Assembly: GCA_002633005.1 (NCBI GenBank)
Contig: NMRA01000869.1
Span: forward strand, 48,815-112,814
DNA: 64,000 nt
From: Phoronis australis
Lineage: Eukaryota; Animalia; Phoronida
Direction: 5' to 3'
A program made the position numbers and the translations under genes. Below, piece after piece: positions 52,451-64,000 of the stretch. The notes beneath the pieces were generated by a model. The model saw only the letters and a list, made by a program, of their open reading frames with translations. It was not told the DNA's origin and ran no database searches. Numbering within the stretch: the first letter of the stretch is position 1; each line of letters opens with the position of its first letter.

Positions 52451-53724
52451 TCAGCAGTTAACAAAGGAGGTAGATGTTACCGCACAGTCACAACCATCTA
52501 TGTCTGGTAAAGTCACTGAACAGGATTATGCCCTATTGGGTAAAAATGTCCAAATACAATTTGAATGCAAAATTAGTATTATTAAAAATTACATTCTTCC
52601 TTGAAAGCTAAATTACTTAACAGTGCTGGGAAATTGCCATTCTACCATATTTCCATGGCTAAAGTTGTGTAGTGGTTGTAATGTGCGTTAACTGGCTTTC
52701 AGTGCCATGATAGATGAGTAGAGCACCACCTACTACTAGTAATAAAGGTTATTGACCAATTTCCGTTTTTCTGATTCTACCATCAACTGTTCTTCTTCGA
52801 AATCGATTTTGAATACAAAGATTAGATCTGGGCCCAGATCACAAGTCAATTCTATGCCACGGTGCTAGTGAGCGACTTTAAACATTTGACAAGTCCAATA
52901 TATGCTGTCCTGTTACAAAATTTCTTCTTTCAGATGACCTACATAGTTCATAAAATTAAGTTAAAATACAAGATAATTTTTACTTATTTCTACTCACCTG
53001 CAACACTAGTCGTAATGCAGAGATGTATATAATTATTTTATACTGTCAGCTAGTGAATGTTGTTGGTAAAACTGGAAATTTAACTTATCCGTGTAAGTTA
53101 CGGTTGAAGAAACACAACCTTATGAACATCATTTTCTTATATCATTCTCCCGCTTTCAAGCCAGTACGGTCAAGACACGCGTATGCGCCATGTACTTAAT
53201 TTTGGTTTGGTAAAGTGACATCTTTTGGGAGATGATGACAACTTCACTGAAGCAAAATTTCCTGAGAATTTTGGTTCCCTGTTAGTAAAGTACTCAGAAG
53301 TACTAAGGAAGTGCATCCACTTCTAGTAGTTTGTTGTGAACTGTGAGCAACTTCCTGAAAAAGAACAGTGAAGAATTGGTGAAAATAGAGATTGGCCTAC
53401 AGATGGCACTCAGTTTCATGGCACTCAAAGTTCACGCACAATAATGGACTAACAGCATTCTTTTTCGCGCCACTAACCTCGTTAGCTAAGGGAAGAGTAG
53501 TTTTAGGATGTTAACTTTGTGCAAGATTTTATTTTGCTCACCTTTTACCCAAGTCTTTCCAAAGTTGTATATTTTTACATAGCTGTATATTTATACAGCA
53601 TTGCACCAAGGCTTCTTGGTTTGTACTGTGTGTATGTCGTAAAATTATTTGGCAAAACTTTCAATTATTTGCAGTGAAATACGTAAAAAATCTCCAACAA
53701 ACAGAATGAAAGCGCTCCGAGGAG

Positions 53725-54040
53725 CGAAACTTGGCGAAATTAACCAAAAAGATGACGATAAAGATGATGACGAATATGATGACGATGGTGGCGAGGATGA
53801 ACAAAAGAAGTAATAATAACATACACATGACGAACGTAGAAGTCCGAAATCAGTATGAAAAAGGCTACAGTCTTGAGCGACACTTGGCGAAATTAACGGA
53901 AAAGACAACGACGGAGATGATGACGAAGATGATGACGAATGTGACGATTATGATGATGGTGGTGGCGATGATGAACAACATCACAACATTCATATGACGA
54001 ACTTAGATGTCATAAATCAATAAGAAATAGTCTACAGTCT
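53725..54040. repeat. ~153-bp diverged duplication containing GAT/GAC triplet runs
   Basis: ACTTGGCGAAATTAAC...GATGATGACGAA...CTACAGTCT occurs twice. Confidence 0.8.
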
Positions 54041-54069
54041 AGTTCAATAGAAGATAAACCAACATAAAT

Positions 54070-54890
54070 GCAGCAAGAGCGCTCAACAAAGGAACAGCGC
54101 TGTCCGAAAATCTCAAATAACTCGAAAAGTAGAGGTCCTAGCGAAAAATGAAAAACATCTTCTGAAAGCCCGTTCAAAATTCTATCCAAACGGATGGTAT
54201 CGCCTAATTCCGTAAATTTTTGAAAAAAATGAAATTTTGCGTTTTTTTAAGAAATTCAAAGTCAAATAACTCGGAAAACGGTAAGTCTGAGAAAAAAATT
54301 GTTACAGGCCATTTGAAAGAATATACTTCAAAGAATCCACATGCAAAAAATCACGTCTTTTTCTCTTCCCGTTTAAAATCGCACTCCAGCACGACTGAAA
54401 ATGGGTCAACATGCGCAACTTTCGGTTTTTTGGCTTCGTATAATAGCATGTCATAAGAAACTAATACCTGTAAAAATTCGAAGGAATTGGCCTTATAATG
54501 TGCCCTTTACAGGAGAAAACGTTTTTAGGCCAAAATCGAGGTGCGCATGCGCGATCGCCGATATTTCCGCCATCTTTAACTGGAAGTAAACAATTTACAG
54601 TACACTTGTAGCAAACTTCTGGTCCATTTACTGTGCCAATTCTTAGCCTATTACGTAAAAATTTGTAGCCTCCAGAAGCATTTGAACCTTTAAATGAAAA
54701 CAAAATGGCCGCCACAGCCGCCATCTTGGATCCGATTTTGACGAAAAACAACAGGCTTCCTGTACTTCCGGAACTACGTGTTATGTGTAAATTTCGTGAT
54801 TATCGGACGAAAATTGCGACCTGTAGCGTGCTTACAAAAAAAAAAACTTAGTGAAATAAATTTCGCCAAGTAAATATAAAAATTCCGTTA
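54070..54890. mobile_element. Probable non-autonomous repeat element, family unassigned
   Basis: CpG-richer block with AAATAACTCGAAAA repeats, CAAAATGGCCGCC/GCCGCCATCTTG inverted motifs, and a CAAGAGCGC.. stem-loop-like end. Confidence 0.4.
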
Positions 54891-54970
54891 TTAAGGTCAC
54901 ACTTTCAACTAATGGAATGAGGAGCAAATATATTGGTTGTTGAAGCAAGCAGATTGTTTTTTTTTAACAG

Positions 54971-55137
54971 GTCTGTTGACAATGAGTGGTGTGTTTCCAC
55001 CCCCTGAGTCTTTGAGGAAGCCTTTAGAGGTTCCCTTCAAGCTGATGATGGGCCCTGGACCCAGTAATGTGTCACCTCGAATTGCCGCCTCTGGAACTCT
55101 CCCCATTTTAGGCCAAACACATCCCGAATTCTTCAAG
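54971..55137 (+). CDS. AGXT: Alanine-glyoxylate / serine-pyruvate aminotransferase exon (conserved ATG at 54982)
   Basis: MSGVFPPPESLRKPLEVPFKLMMGPGPSNVSPRIAASGTLPILGQTHPEFFK; GPGPSN motif; donor AAG|GTAAGT. Confidence 0.95.
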
Positions 55138-56193
55138 GTAAGTTTGAGTTAGTAGAGTGATTGCCTGTTACAGCACCACAGAGCAATTAATCGACCTTGT
55201 CAATAACCCAGTATGTTTACATACAGTACTAGTCAAAAGTAATGCGACAAAGTGCTGTTTGCTGTCACGACAGCTCGTTCTGTTCACAGCGATAATGATT
55301 GATAATACCCATCGAAGCAGCGAACTTCTAATTACAGAATGACTTGGCCACCTTACTAACTTTCTTGTCAATTTCCCTTCATTTTCGGTCACGAGAGAAG
55401 ACTGCTATGACAGTGCATTCAGCTTCCATCCAGCCATCAAGACGAGGAATTCTCGGTTATTTTGTCTGAATACTTTTGGCTTGTACTGTACTAACCACCG
55501 TAATAAGGGTGTGACACAGTTTCCACGACAGTCGCGAGGCTTTCTGCATTCATCTTTCAGTCTTCACCTTATTGGCGACGAGTGGGACTTTAGTCTAATT
55601 GTCACGTGTTTTGAAGCCGTGGGTTTCAGTGCACATTCAAAATCCTGACCAACGCATTACCTCTGTTTCCGGAAAAATGATCACCCAAGACAATATCCCT
55701 GTCTAATATATCGTGCTATGTCTCATTTTGTAACCAGTAACTATGAGTGCTTCTAACTGGTTGTAATTACAATATGCACTTGCGTGGACTTTAATGACTG
55801 ACTTCTTTTGTTTGGGGAACGGAGATGGTTGTCCGTGGTAACCTCTGCCTGTTTGTGTCAACATTCCTTCCCGCCCATTTTAGACACTGTGAACTATGAA
55901 AAGTAAATACATCGTCAAAATTTTCATTGTTTGAATGGAAAAAATCAGTTAACTACGACAGATGAAAAAAGAAATAACAAGCGAAATCGATTGCTGTTCC
56001 TTTGTTGATATGTCCCAACCTATATTGTGTCTACCTTACACAAGGGGGCGACTTGGCTTGTATACACTGCCACTTATCATAATGCAGTGAAATTTATATG
56101 GAGGAGTGGTCATGAAGTTGGATGTGGAAGCCTATATTTTGAAAATGTCAGTTATTGTTAATGGTTCTTGTTGCCTTTATCTACCGAGTCTAG

Positions 56194-56272
56194 ATCATGG
56201 ATGAAGTGAAAGACGGTCTTAAGTACACATTCCAAACTAGGAATGACATGACGCTCTGTGTGTCTGGCACAG
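56194..56272 (+). CDS. AGXT: AGXT exon
   Basis: [26 protein letters not shown]; AG/GTAAGT; 79 nt. Confidence 0.95.
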
Positions 56273-56994
56273 GTAAGTTAGCACTCCTTTGATGAGCCGT
56301 TTTGGGCTTGGCTACTCAGAATCGATAGGGGGTAATAAAACAATTATTTTCTCAGCCAGGACCATAAAACCTTTGATAAGCTGTGTTTACTTACACTGTG
56401 CAACTGGGACAGTTGTATGACTAAGAGCAGGGTTCACCGACCTTGCATGTCAATTTCCAAAAGCCTGTTGTTTGTGAAAGACACCAATCATTTACAACCA
56501 TCTCCAAAATTCTAAACCATTATGGGGATTAGTTACGTACTCCTAGCCCAAAATTCCATATCCACCCATCATTCTCAGCCTTGAGAGTCAGGTGTAGGAG
56601 AAATAAAGCCCATTAATAATATGCGTGAAGTGATAAGTCTCATTAGTAGTTAGAAGTCTGATTTATTGGCACATCTGTTGTTTCAGCTAAAAGGTCAGTA
56701 AAATTGTTGGTTCTCTAGTTATGTATTAGTTGAGTTGATAAGTCATTGATTTCATAGATAGAGAAAGAGATCAAATGCAATTCAAAGTTTATATTTCAAT
56801 TAGCAAGAAATAGTCCAAAAATTGGCAACATTGCAAACTTAGAAACAATCAGTTACATTGCTGTAATTGTTTATTGCAGCATAACTTTCAACGGATTTGT
56901 AATAATTGAAATTTGAAAATTATTTCTCATGAAAATTGGAGGTCATTTCTGTCATTTTGAAACAGACGTGGCTGTAAAAAATATAACTTATTAA

Positions 56995-59700
56995 GAGGCA
57001 GTCCATATAAAAACCAGTAGATTTTCAAAAATCAGTCTATACGTCAAAATTTAAAACAACTTCATTTTTTGTACATGGGTAGGTATCCTAACAAAAACCC
57101 AAATGCCAAATTTTGTGCACTCAATGACCTCTAATTTCGCCGCTGGAGCATGATAACACAAATTGGCACAATTGGGCATATTAGCCGTCTCAAAAATTGC
57201 ATGTTTTCAGCAACAAAAATGAGTAACATACAAAATAGATCAAAAGCTATATTTTGGTGGCTGAAATAACCAACGTATACTGTGCATAAATCTGTGCCAT
57301 TTATTAAAATCTAACAGTTTTGTGCTAGACAGGGGAGATAATCCATAGACCACTTTTTGGGGCTAATTTTAGTGGCCATNNNNNNNNNNNNNNNNNNNNN
57401 NNNNNNNNNNNNNNNNNNNNNNNNNNNNNNNNNNNNNNNNNNNNNNNNNNNNNNNNNNNNNNNNNNNNNNNNNNNNNNNNNNNNNNNNNNNNNNNNNNNN
57501 NNNNNNNNNNNNNNNNNNNNNNNNNNNNNNNNNNNNNNNNNNNNNNNNNNNNNNNNNNNNNNNNNNNNNNNNNNNNNNNNNNNNNNNNNNNNNNNNNNNN
57601 NNNNNNNNNNNNNNNNNNNNNNNNNNNNNNNNNNNNNNNNNNNNNNNNNNNNNNNNNNNNNNNNNNNNNNNNNNNNNNNNNNNNNNNNNNNNNNNNNNNN
57701 NNNNNNNNNNNNNNNNNNNNNNNNNNNNNNNNNNNNNNNNNNNNNNNNNNNNNACGGTAAGTTCTTACAAATACTGAGAAAATGGGAAACCTATTTCTCT
57801 AAATTACACTAACATCTCTAGACATGGCGGATTTTCAACACCAAGACTTAAGGTTGGCATTGTATCTAGTGAAGAGCCTCAACAGAAGTTCCCTTGTACC
57901 CAGCAAGGTTACTCGAAATTTTTTGCTACAGACGCAGAACTAGGTCGGCATTTGGATGTGGGTAACCACACTGAACACGTATGACCACATCGCACGGCAG
58001 TCGTCAGAAATGCTTTTAGATGCAAGAACCGGAGCGTCATTTGAGGCAGCCTCAGAGTACAATGTGGATGAGACGAATGCTGAAGCAATAGGTTAGGCAT
58101 TGAAAAAAGGTAAAAGGTCAACAAGATTTTCATCAAAGGTTAAGAACTTTTTGACGAACATATTCGATGAAGGAGAAAGTCAGGTAAAAACTTTCACCCT
58201 CGGAAGTGCCAAAATGGAGAAAACATTACGAGAACCCACTGTGAAAGTGTTTACCTGTGATGTTAAGCGAATCGCAGATTGGTGGATTTTTTCGAGGTTG
58301 TCTGCAGCAATGTTTATGACGATGCTATTTCTGCTGAAGATGCTGTTAGGTCGTCAGATTTACTGAATGAAGTGGTAAATGAGTTCAACGTTTAGCCTAG
58401 TTTTGTAGCATACCAGTCAAAGATGTGTGATATATGAAGTCGAGACCGTTACTTCTGTTTACTTCATGTCTGTCATGAAGTAGTCATTAATAAAATTGTC
58501 TTTCGCTAATTATTTTCTGTTGACTGTATGTGTACCTTTTTATACCACTGATGATCACACTGGCAAAAATATTCAGCGTTAGGGTGCCCGGTGTGTGGGA
58601 GGTGGAACACCAGATTTCTGGCGACTGGTGGCGACTAAAATTTGTAGCAACCAGCAGGGACATTACGATGTGAACCCAAAGTTACAATGTCTATTGACAA
58701 GTTGAAGGATTTTTTGCACTGAACACTAGGGGCCGGGGCATATCCACCTTTGGTGCCTTCCTTTGCCTTTGGCACGAACAAGGCAGATAGAAAACAAAGC
58801 AGGGGTGAGTTCAGTAACACTAGAACCTCTCTAAAATGTATCCAAAACCACGTGTTCTCATTTAAAATACACGGCAACATCTCGCGAAGTCTTGAATTAT
58901 AGCAAGGTTCTCGTGTTACTGCTCTTATTCTAGATGCGTCTTCAGTCTCCACGTAAACAAAAGTAGCGCCATCTATCATTTAGAAGCACGCATGCCAGTT
59001 GATTTACGTACACATTTTTGTAATAAGTATTAATCATCAATGCCGTTTTCATAGAATGGTAATTAATAATGCCGTCTGCCTTTTCTCCAAAATATGTCGT
59101 GTTTCGCAAGCTAGTTATATCTTCCAAGAGCCCCCTATTGGCAGCAGAGGCAACTGAGAACATGCAAAAGGACGAAGTGCAGTTCGTATAATGCTTCGTA
59201 CGCAAAAACTAGATTAGAGGCAAGATTTTTTATTTTAGATTATGAACAGGCTAGGAATGACTTAACAAATTATTATAAAGTCAATTTCAGGAAAGGTGCG
59301 TTATGGCTGCTACAGAGTGCCAAATGTGGCCGAAATTGGCTTCAGTGAAAACCTGAAAAATAGACGTTTTTGCCTCACAAATTCAAAACGCATCAATTTA
59401 AAAATGGATTTTGAAAGTTATGCCATTAAATTATTCAGCTATTGCCCTTTCAATTCGTATTATTCATTTGTTTTGACCGTATCATACATGCTAGTAAAAT
59501 GCATTCAAACATGCCTACTTCGACGCCCAATTTTGTTGCAAACTGGAGGTACAGGTCATAAAAAGAAAAATAATGAATGAAAATTCTTAAAAAGTGAGGT
59601 TTTTCTACTTCTCAACAAACCAAACTCATGTGCTAAGTTTCAAAACAATCGGTGATTTTGGGTATAGACTCTACCTGTTGGTTTTTATATGGAGTCACTC
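56995..59700 (+). mobile_element. Sola3-type transposon, internally deleted, both ends present (contains N-gap), in AGXT intron
   Basis: TTAA flanks (56991-56994, 59701-59704); GAG...CTC termini; imperfect TIR with TCCATATAAAAACCA core; transposase C-terminal remnant 57754-58370. Confidence 0.85.
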
Positions 59701-60173
59701 TTAATATGGTTGCCTAAAATGATACTTAATGCTTCCAAGGAAAAATAATGGTCTCTTCCTTTGTCTTTCAATCACAAATTATCTGTTGGGCACGTCTCAG
59801 TTAATGTCCCAAACTGAAGAGACTATGCTATTGTAGATTAAGGAAATCAATTTTTATGGATCACATCCGCTTCTACAAACATTTGCCCACTTGTCCACGA
59901 CTTAAACTAATTGGTTCACGGTGCGAGTGATATATGCTTGCTGACTAACATATTAATATACTCTATTGGAATCTGTTTTCTGAGGCAGCTTTGTGTTAGC
60001 CGGCCAAGCCACAGAGAGTAAAATTGAGAGAGGGGGGACTTATACACAAGAAAAACAAAGTTGGGTTGGGCTTATGCTTGTGGTTATGGCAATGTGTGAA
60101 ACAATTTCCAAGTTTTAGAGTTATTTATTTATTACTCAGGTGTTAAGGCCATGTTATACGTTATCTTTTTAAG

Positions 60174-60287
60174 GTCATGCCGCCATGGAAACCGCCTGTT
60201 GTAACCTGGTGGAGGAAGGTGATGTTGTGCTGGTCATCATAGCTGGACTGTGGGGCATGAGGTTCGCTGATATGGCTGAGAGACATG
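60174..60287 (+). CDS. AGXT: AGXT exon
   Basis: GHAAMETACCNLVEEGDVVLVIIAGLWGMRFADMAERH; 114 nt; AG/GTAAG. Confidence 0.95.
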
Positions 60288-60662
60288 GTAAGCGGTATCC
60301 TTGTCATATTAATTTACCGCGCAACGTGAAATGGATCGTGATGTCATGCTTATATTTGAAGCGCCATAACACCAGTCTTTGGCCTTAGTAGTGTGTCAAG
60401 AATTGAAGAATGTCCGCAATACCGACCACAAAGAAAAAATATTTACCAAGTTATCTGTCCACCATGTTTCCCTGATTTTTTGCTGTCAGTTCTTTCACAT
60501 TTTCTTCTCTTTTGCGTGGTGCTGCTTTTATATGGGAATAAAACGTTGCATCTGTTTGTATTGTGTTTTTGAAATATGAAGTTTTCAGTTGCTGCGCTGG
60601 CGGTAAGATTTTTGATAATTGGCTAAGAACGTATGTTATCCAAAATTATTTCTGAATTTCAG

Positions 60663-60828
60663 GTGCTGTTGTTCATCGACTTGAGAAGCCTCTAGGCAAT
60701 ATCTTCAGCTTACGAGATATTGGAAACGCCCTTCAGAAACACAGACCCTCTGTCATGTTTGTCACTCAAGGGGAATCCACATCTACAACCCTGCAGCCCT
60801 TAGAGGGACTCGGTTCACTCTGTCACAG
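60663..60828 (+). CDS. AGXT: AGXT exon
   Basis: GAVVHRLEKPLGNIFSLRDIGNALQKHRPSVMFVTQGESTSTTLQPLEGLGSLCH; 166 nt; AG/GTGAGT. Confidence 0.95.
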
Positions 60829-61285
60829 GTGAGTCATTACGACTACATTCTCCCGGTCTCTGGTTGTTTCATCTCTCTCCTTTTCTCTCAGCACCTCTCT
60901 CTTGTCTTCCCTTTTCCATCCTTTCTCTCTCTTTCAGCAATTTGACTCATCAAATTCTCAGTGTATGTCATGGCAGCTTTAGGTAACTGAAAACTACATA
61001 GATTTCCAATTTTTTGGCTACTCTGTCTTTCAGCCATAATGCCACGGGGATATTCAATATTGCAAAAAATAATAATTTAGATGTAAGGTCCTACTTATAG
61101 TTCATGTATCATTTGAGGTATATTTGTGTGATAGTTTAACTCATGTTTTCCTATTTAGCTTAAGTATTGTTAAGACCAGTATAATGTAAGCTAATACATT
61201 TAGAATTAACTAAAATCTGTTTGAGGAAGGCTTTAACAGAGTGCCTGTTCTGTGTAAGTAATTGATGTGTGGTTCTGTATTGTAG

Positions 61286-61356
61286 CTATGGTTGTCTTCT
61301 TGTTGTGGACTCGGTAGCTGCCATGTGTGGAGTGCCACTATTTGTAGACAAGTGGG
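61286..61356 (+). CDS. AGXT: AGXT exon (PLP-binding Asp)
   Basis: YGCLLVVDSVAAMCGVPLFVDKW; 71 nt; AG/GTGAGT. Confidence 0.95.
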
Positions 61357-61556
61357 GTGAGTTTGTGCCAGATAGTGACTGTCTTTATGTTTTGCTGTGC
61401 TCTCCCATTCGAATTTTCTGCATCCTTTGACTTTTACAATGACATGTGTGGGGGACTATTGATATTTATTTTCTATGACTTTGGGACTTTTTGCCTTAGT
61501 TTTCAGTATTCAAGCAATTGTTTTTCAAACCTTCCTTATCGTTTCTGTTTTTACAG

Positions 61557-61641
61557 AGATTGACGTGTGCTATAGTGGCTCGCAAAAGGTTCTTAACGTT
61601 CCACCAGGTGTCGCTCCAATTACATTCAGTCCAAGAGCAAG
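61557..61641 (+). CDS. AGXT: AGXT exon (PLP Schiff-base lysine); gene continues beyond window
   Basis: [28 protein letters not shown]; SQK motif; 85 nt. Confidence 0.95.
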
Positions 61642-61749
61642 GTACGCGCTGTTTTGAGTCTGCATCTTTTTCACTATTAAATGGTGTATTGCATCGGAAA
61701 TGAAGAACATCCTGATAAATTAGGCTTTTGTTGAATTTCAGCACNTTAA

Positions 61750-63854
61750 GAGGCAGTCCATATAAAAACCAGTAGATTTTCAAAAATCAGTCTATACGTC
61801 AAAATTTAAAACAACTTCATTTTTTGTACATGTGTAGGTATCCTAACAAAAACCCAAATGCCAAATTTTGTGCACTCAATGACCCTTAATTTCGCCGCTG
61901 TAGCATGATAACACAAATTGGCACAATTGGGCATATTAGCCGTCTCAAAAATTGCATGTTTTCAGCAACAAAAATGAGTAACATACAAAACAGATCAAAA
62001 GCTATATTTTGGTGGCTGAAATAACCAACGTATACTGTGCATCAATCTGTGCCATTTATTAAAATCTAACAGTTTTGTGCTAGACAGGGGAGATAATCCA
62101 GAGACCACTTTTTGGGGCTAATTTTAGTGGCCATTTTTGTGACCTTCTTACTGCCATAAAACACCTTGTAGCCTTATGTGACGTTTTGAACATACAGTTA
62201 AAGAGTTAGTCTTGATGACTGAGCACTAAAAAATCTTGCCTCAACTTTGCACTTTAGTGAAAATTGTCTTGCAAAGCTGTCTATTTTCATTGTTTGGAAA
62301 TGACGAGCAGAGTTTACAGACCATTTGAACAAACTTTTAGGCAAGAAGTCTGCTTTAAATAGTTATAGATACCAAGTCTAAAGTCTTTCAAATGAAAACA
62401 AGATGTTTTCCGGGTTTATTACGCGGCTACTATCAAAACTGAACCCGATGACCTTTGCCCACTGAGGGAGTCAGTTGAGGTTTAAAGCTTGAGGATTCAT
62501 CAAAAATATACGTGTAACCCTCTCGTATTCTTTCATTTCTCTTACATAATCAGGTTAATTTAAACACTCTGTAGAACTTTTGAATGGAAATAAATGCATT
62601 TAAGATTAAACGAGTAAGAATTGATATTTGTAATGACTGGTTTTGAGAGAAGCAAGTGCATTTTAAAAAGACAAAATGGCGGACGATGTCGATGGGCCTT
62701 CACGTTCCTTTAGAGTTTATTCTTCAAAAAATCACAAAAGCTTTGTGCTTTAGTGAGTTATGTCAAAGACACCACTGAACATTTGAGATACAAGAAACTA
62801 CTTCACAAAGCAAGGCCTGTGGCAGAGTACGGACTCGTACTACCCAGAGTCGGTGAATTTCTGACTGAACAGGACCAATCATGGAAGAGTCAGGTAATGC
62901 TGGATGTTACCACTCTGCTCCTCTCCTCCTGAACGTAGCAACCTTGTCAAATTCTACCGGCATTTCTGTTTCGAGATATGACATTAGTGAAAGTCAGAAT
63001 GGAAAGAATCTCTGTGATCGCAAGATCGCTCCACTCAAACAACATGCAAAGTACTTTGTAGCCGAAAGTAATGATATCATAAACTTTCTGGATTTGAAAG
63101 AAGCACTACTTTCCAGTGACTGTGTGAAGGAATGTTATGTGTATGCATGTCCAGTCAATGCAACAAATTCTATTCCAAAATACTCAGTTCCTGGAATAAG
63201 GACATTCCCAAAGTCCCACTATTCCACCCAAGGAATTCGCGTGTGGAAATCATTCCACGTAGATGACGGTAAGTTCTTACAAATACTGAAAAAATGGGAA
63301 ACCTATTTCTCTAAATTACACTAACATATCTAGACATGGCGGATTTTCAACACCAAGACTTAAGGTTGGCATTGTATCTAGTGAAGAGCCTCAACAGAAG
63401 TTCCCTTGTACCCAGCAAGGTTACTCGAAATTTTTTGCTACAGACGCAGAACTATGGCGGCATTTGGATGTGGGTAACCACACTGAACACGTATGACCAC
63501 ATCGCACGGCAGTCGTCAGAAATGCTTTTAGATNAGAACTTAGTAGGCATTTGGATGTGGGTAACCACAGTGAACACGTATGATCACATTGTACGACAGA
63601 CGTCAGAAATGCTTTCAGATGCAAGAACCGGAGCGTCATTTGAGGCAGTCTCAGAGTACAATGTGGATGAGACGAATGCTGAAGCAATAGGGTAGGCATT
63701 GAAAAAAGGTAAAAGGTCAAATGAATTTCATCAAAGCTTAGGAACTCTCTGACGAATGAAGGAGATGTCAGGTAACAACTTTCACCCTCGGAAGTGCCAT
63801 AATGCAGAAAACAATACGAGAACCCACTGTGTAAGTGTTTACATGTGATGTTAA
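61750..63854 (+). mobile_element. Sola3-type transposon copy, interrupted by a Kolobok-type element
   Basis: TTAA|GAGGCAG start; homologous to 56995 and 30406 copies; carries transposase remnant. Confidence 0.85.
62881..63324 (+). pseudogene. Sola3 DDD transposase catalytic-region remnant
   Basis: ES[G]NAGCYH...YDISESQNGKNLCDR: 40 residues between the (mutated) second Asp and third Asp; N-terminal part deleted, frameshifts downstream. Confidence 0.75.
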
Positions 63855-64000
63855 AGGGGAAAGCAACCTTTATCCATGTCACTTTGAGCTAAAATAAGGT
63901 TGGTTGGTTATCCTAGACATGTTTTCCACTTAATTACAGCTTGTCGTAATTTTATAAATTACTCGTCCGCTACTCAGGAAGTGACGTTTTAGGAGGCAAG
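63855..64000 (+). mobile_element. Left TIR of Kolobok-type element (same family as 18409)
   Basis: TTAA|AGGGGAAAGCAACCTTTATCCATGTC...GGAAGTGACGTTTTAGGAGGCAAG homologous to 18409-18555. Confidence 0.85.

Noticed and set aside
53731-53997. Asp-rich or Met-rich coding sequence
   Set aside because: GAT/GAC triplet runs within a local duplication; stops nearby, no splice context.

Overview
Eukaryotic, AT-rich, intron-containing DNA with N-gaps and single-n contig joins; the repeat content suggests a marine invertebrate, possibly a deuterostome (inference). No CRISPR, rRNA or operon-like content. Genes: (1) FBXL6 on the minus strand (ATG 15280, stop 2932), 8 coding exons found, with the exon(s) completing the F-box apparently missing; (2) the first exon of an unidentified signal-peptide protein (+, 25253); (3) two coding exons of an unidentified tyrosine-motif-rich (YDDV) adaptor-like protein (-, 32996-31678); (4) AGXT (+), six conserved exons through the PLP lysine, plus a candidate upstream exon encoding a mitochondrial presequence (49615-49705), running off the window. 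Mobile DNA: three Sola3-type copies (TTAA, GAG...CTC, DD40D remnant), a THAP-encoding Kolobok-type family (one copy nested in Sola3), Helentron-type HINE elements carrying regularly spaced CTCF-like motifs (one inserted in a CR1-like LINE 3' end), an inverted Penelope fragment with a 13-bp TSD and decayed hammerhead-like motif inside a tRNA-derived SINE, several MITEs and minisatellites. Several apparent 0.5-1.5 kb tandem duplications join at a single n and are probably uncollapsed alleles.
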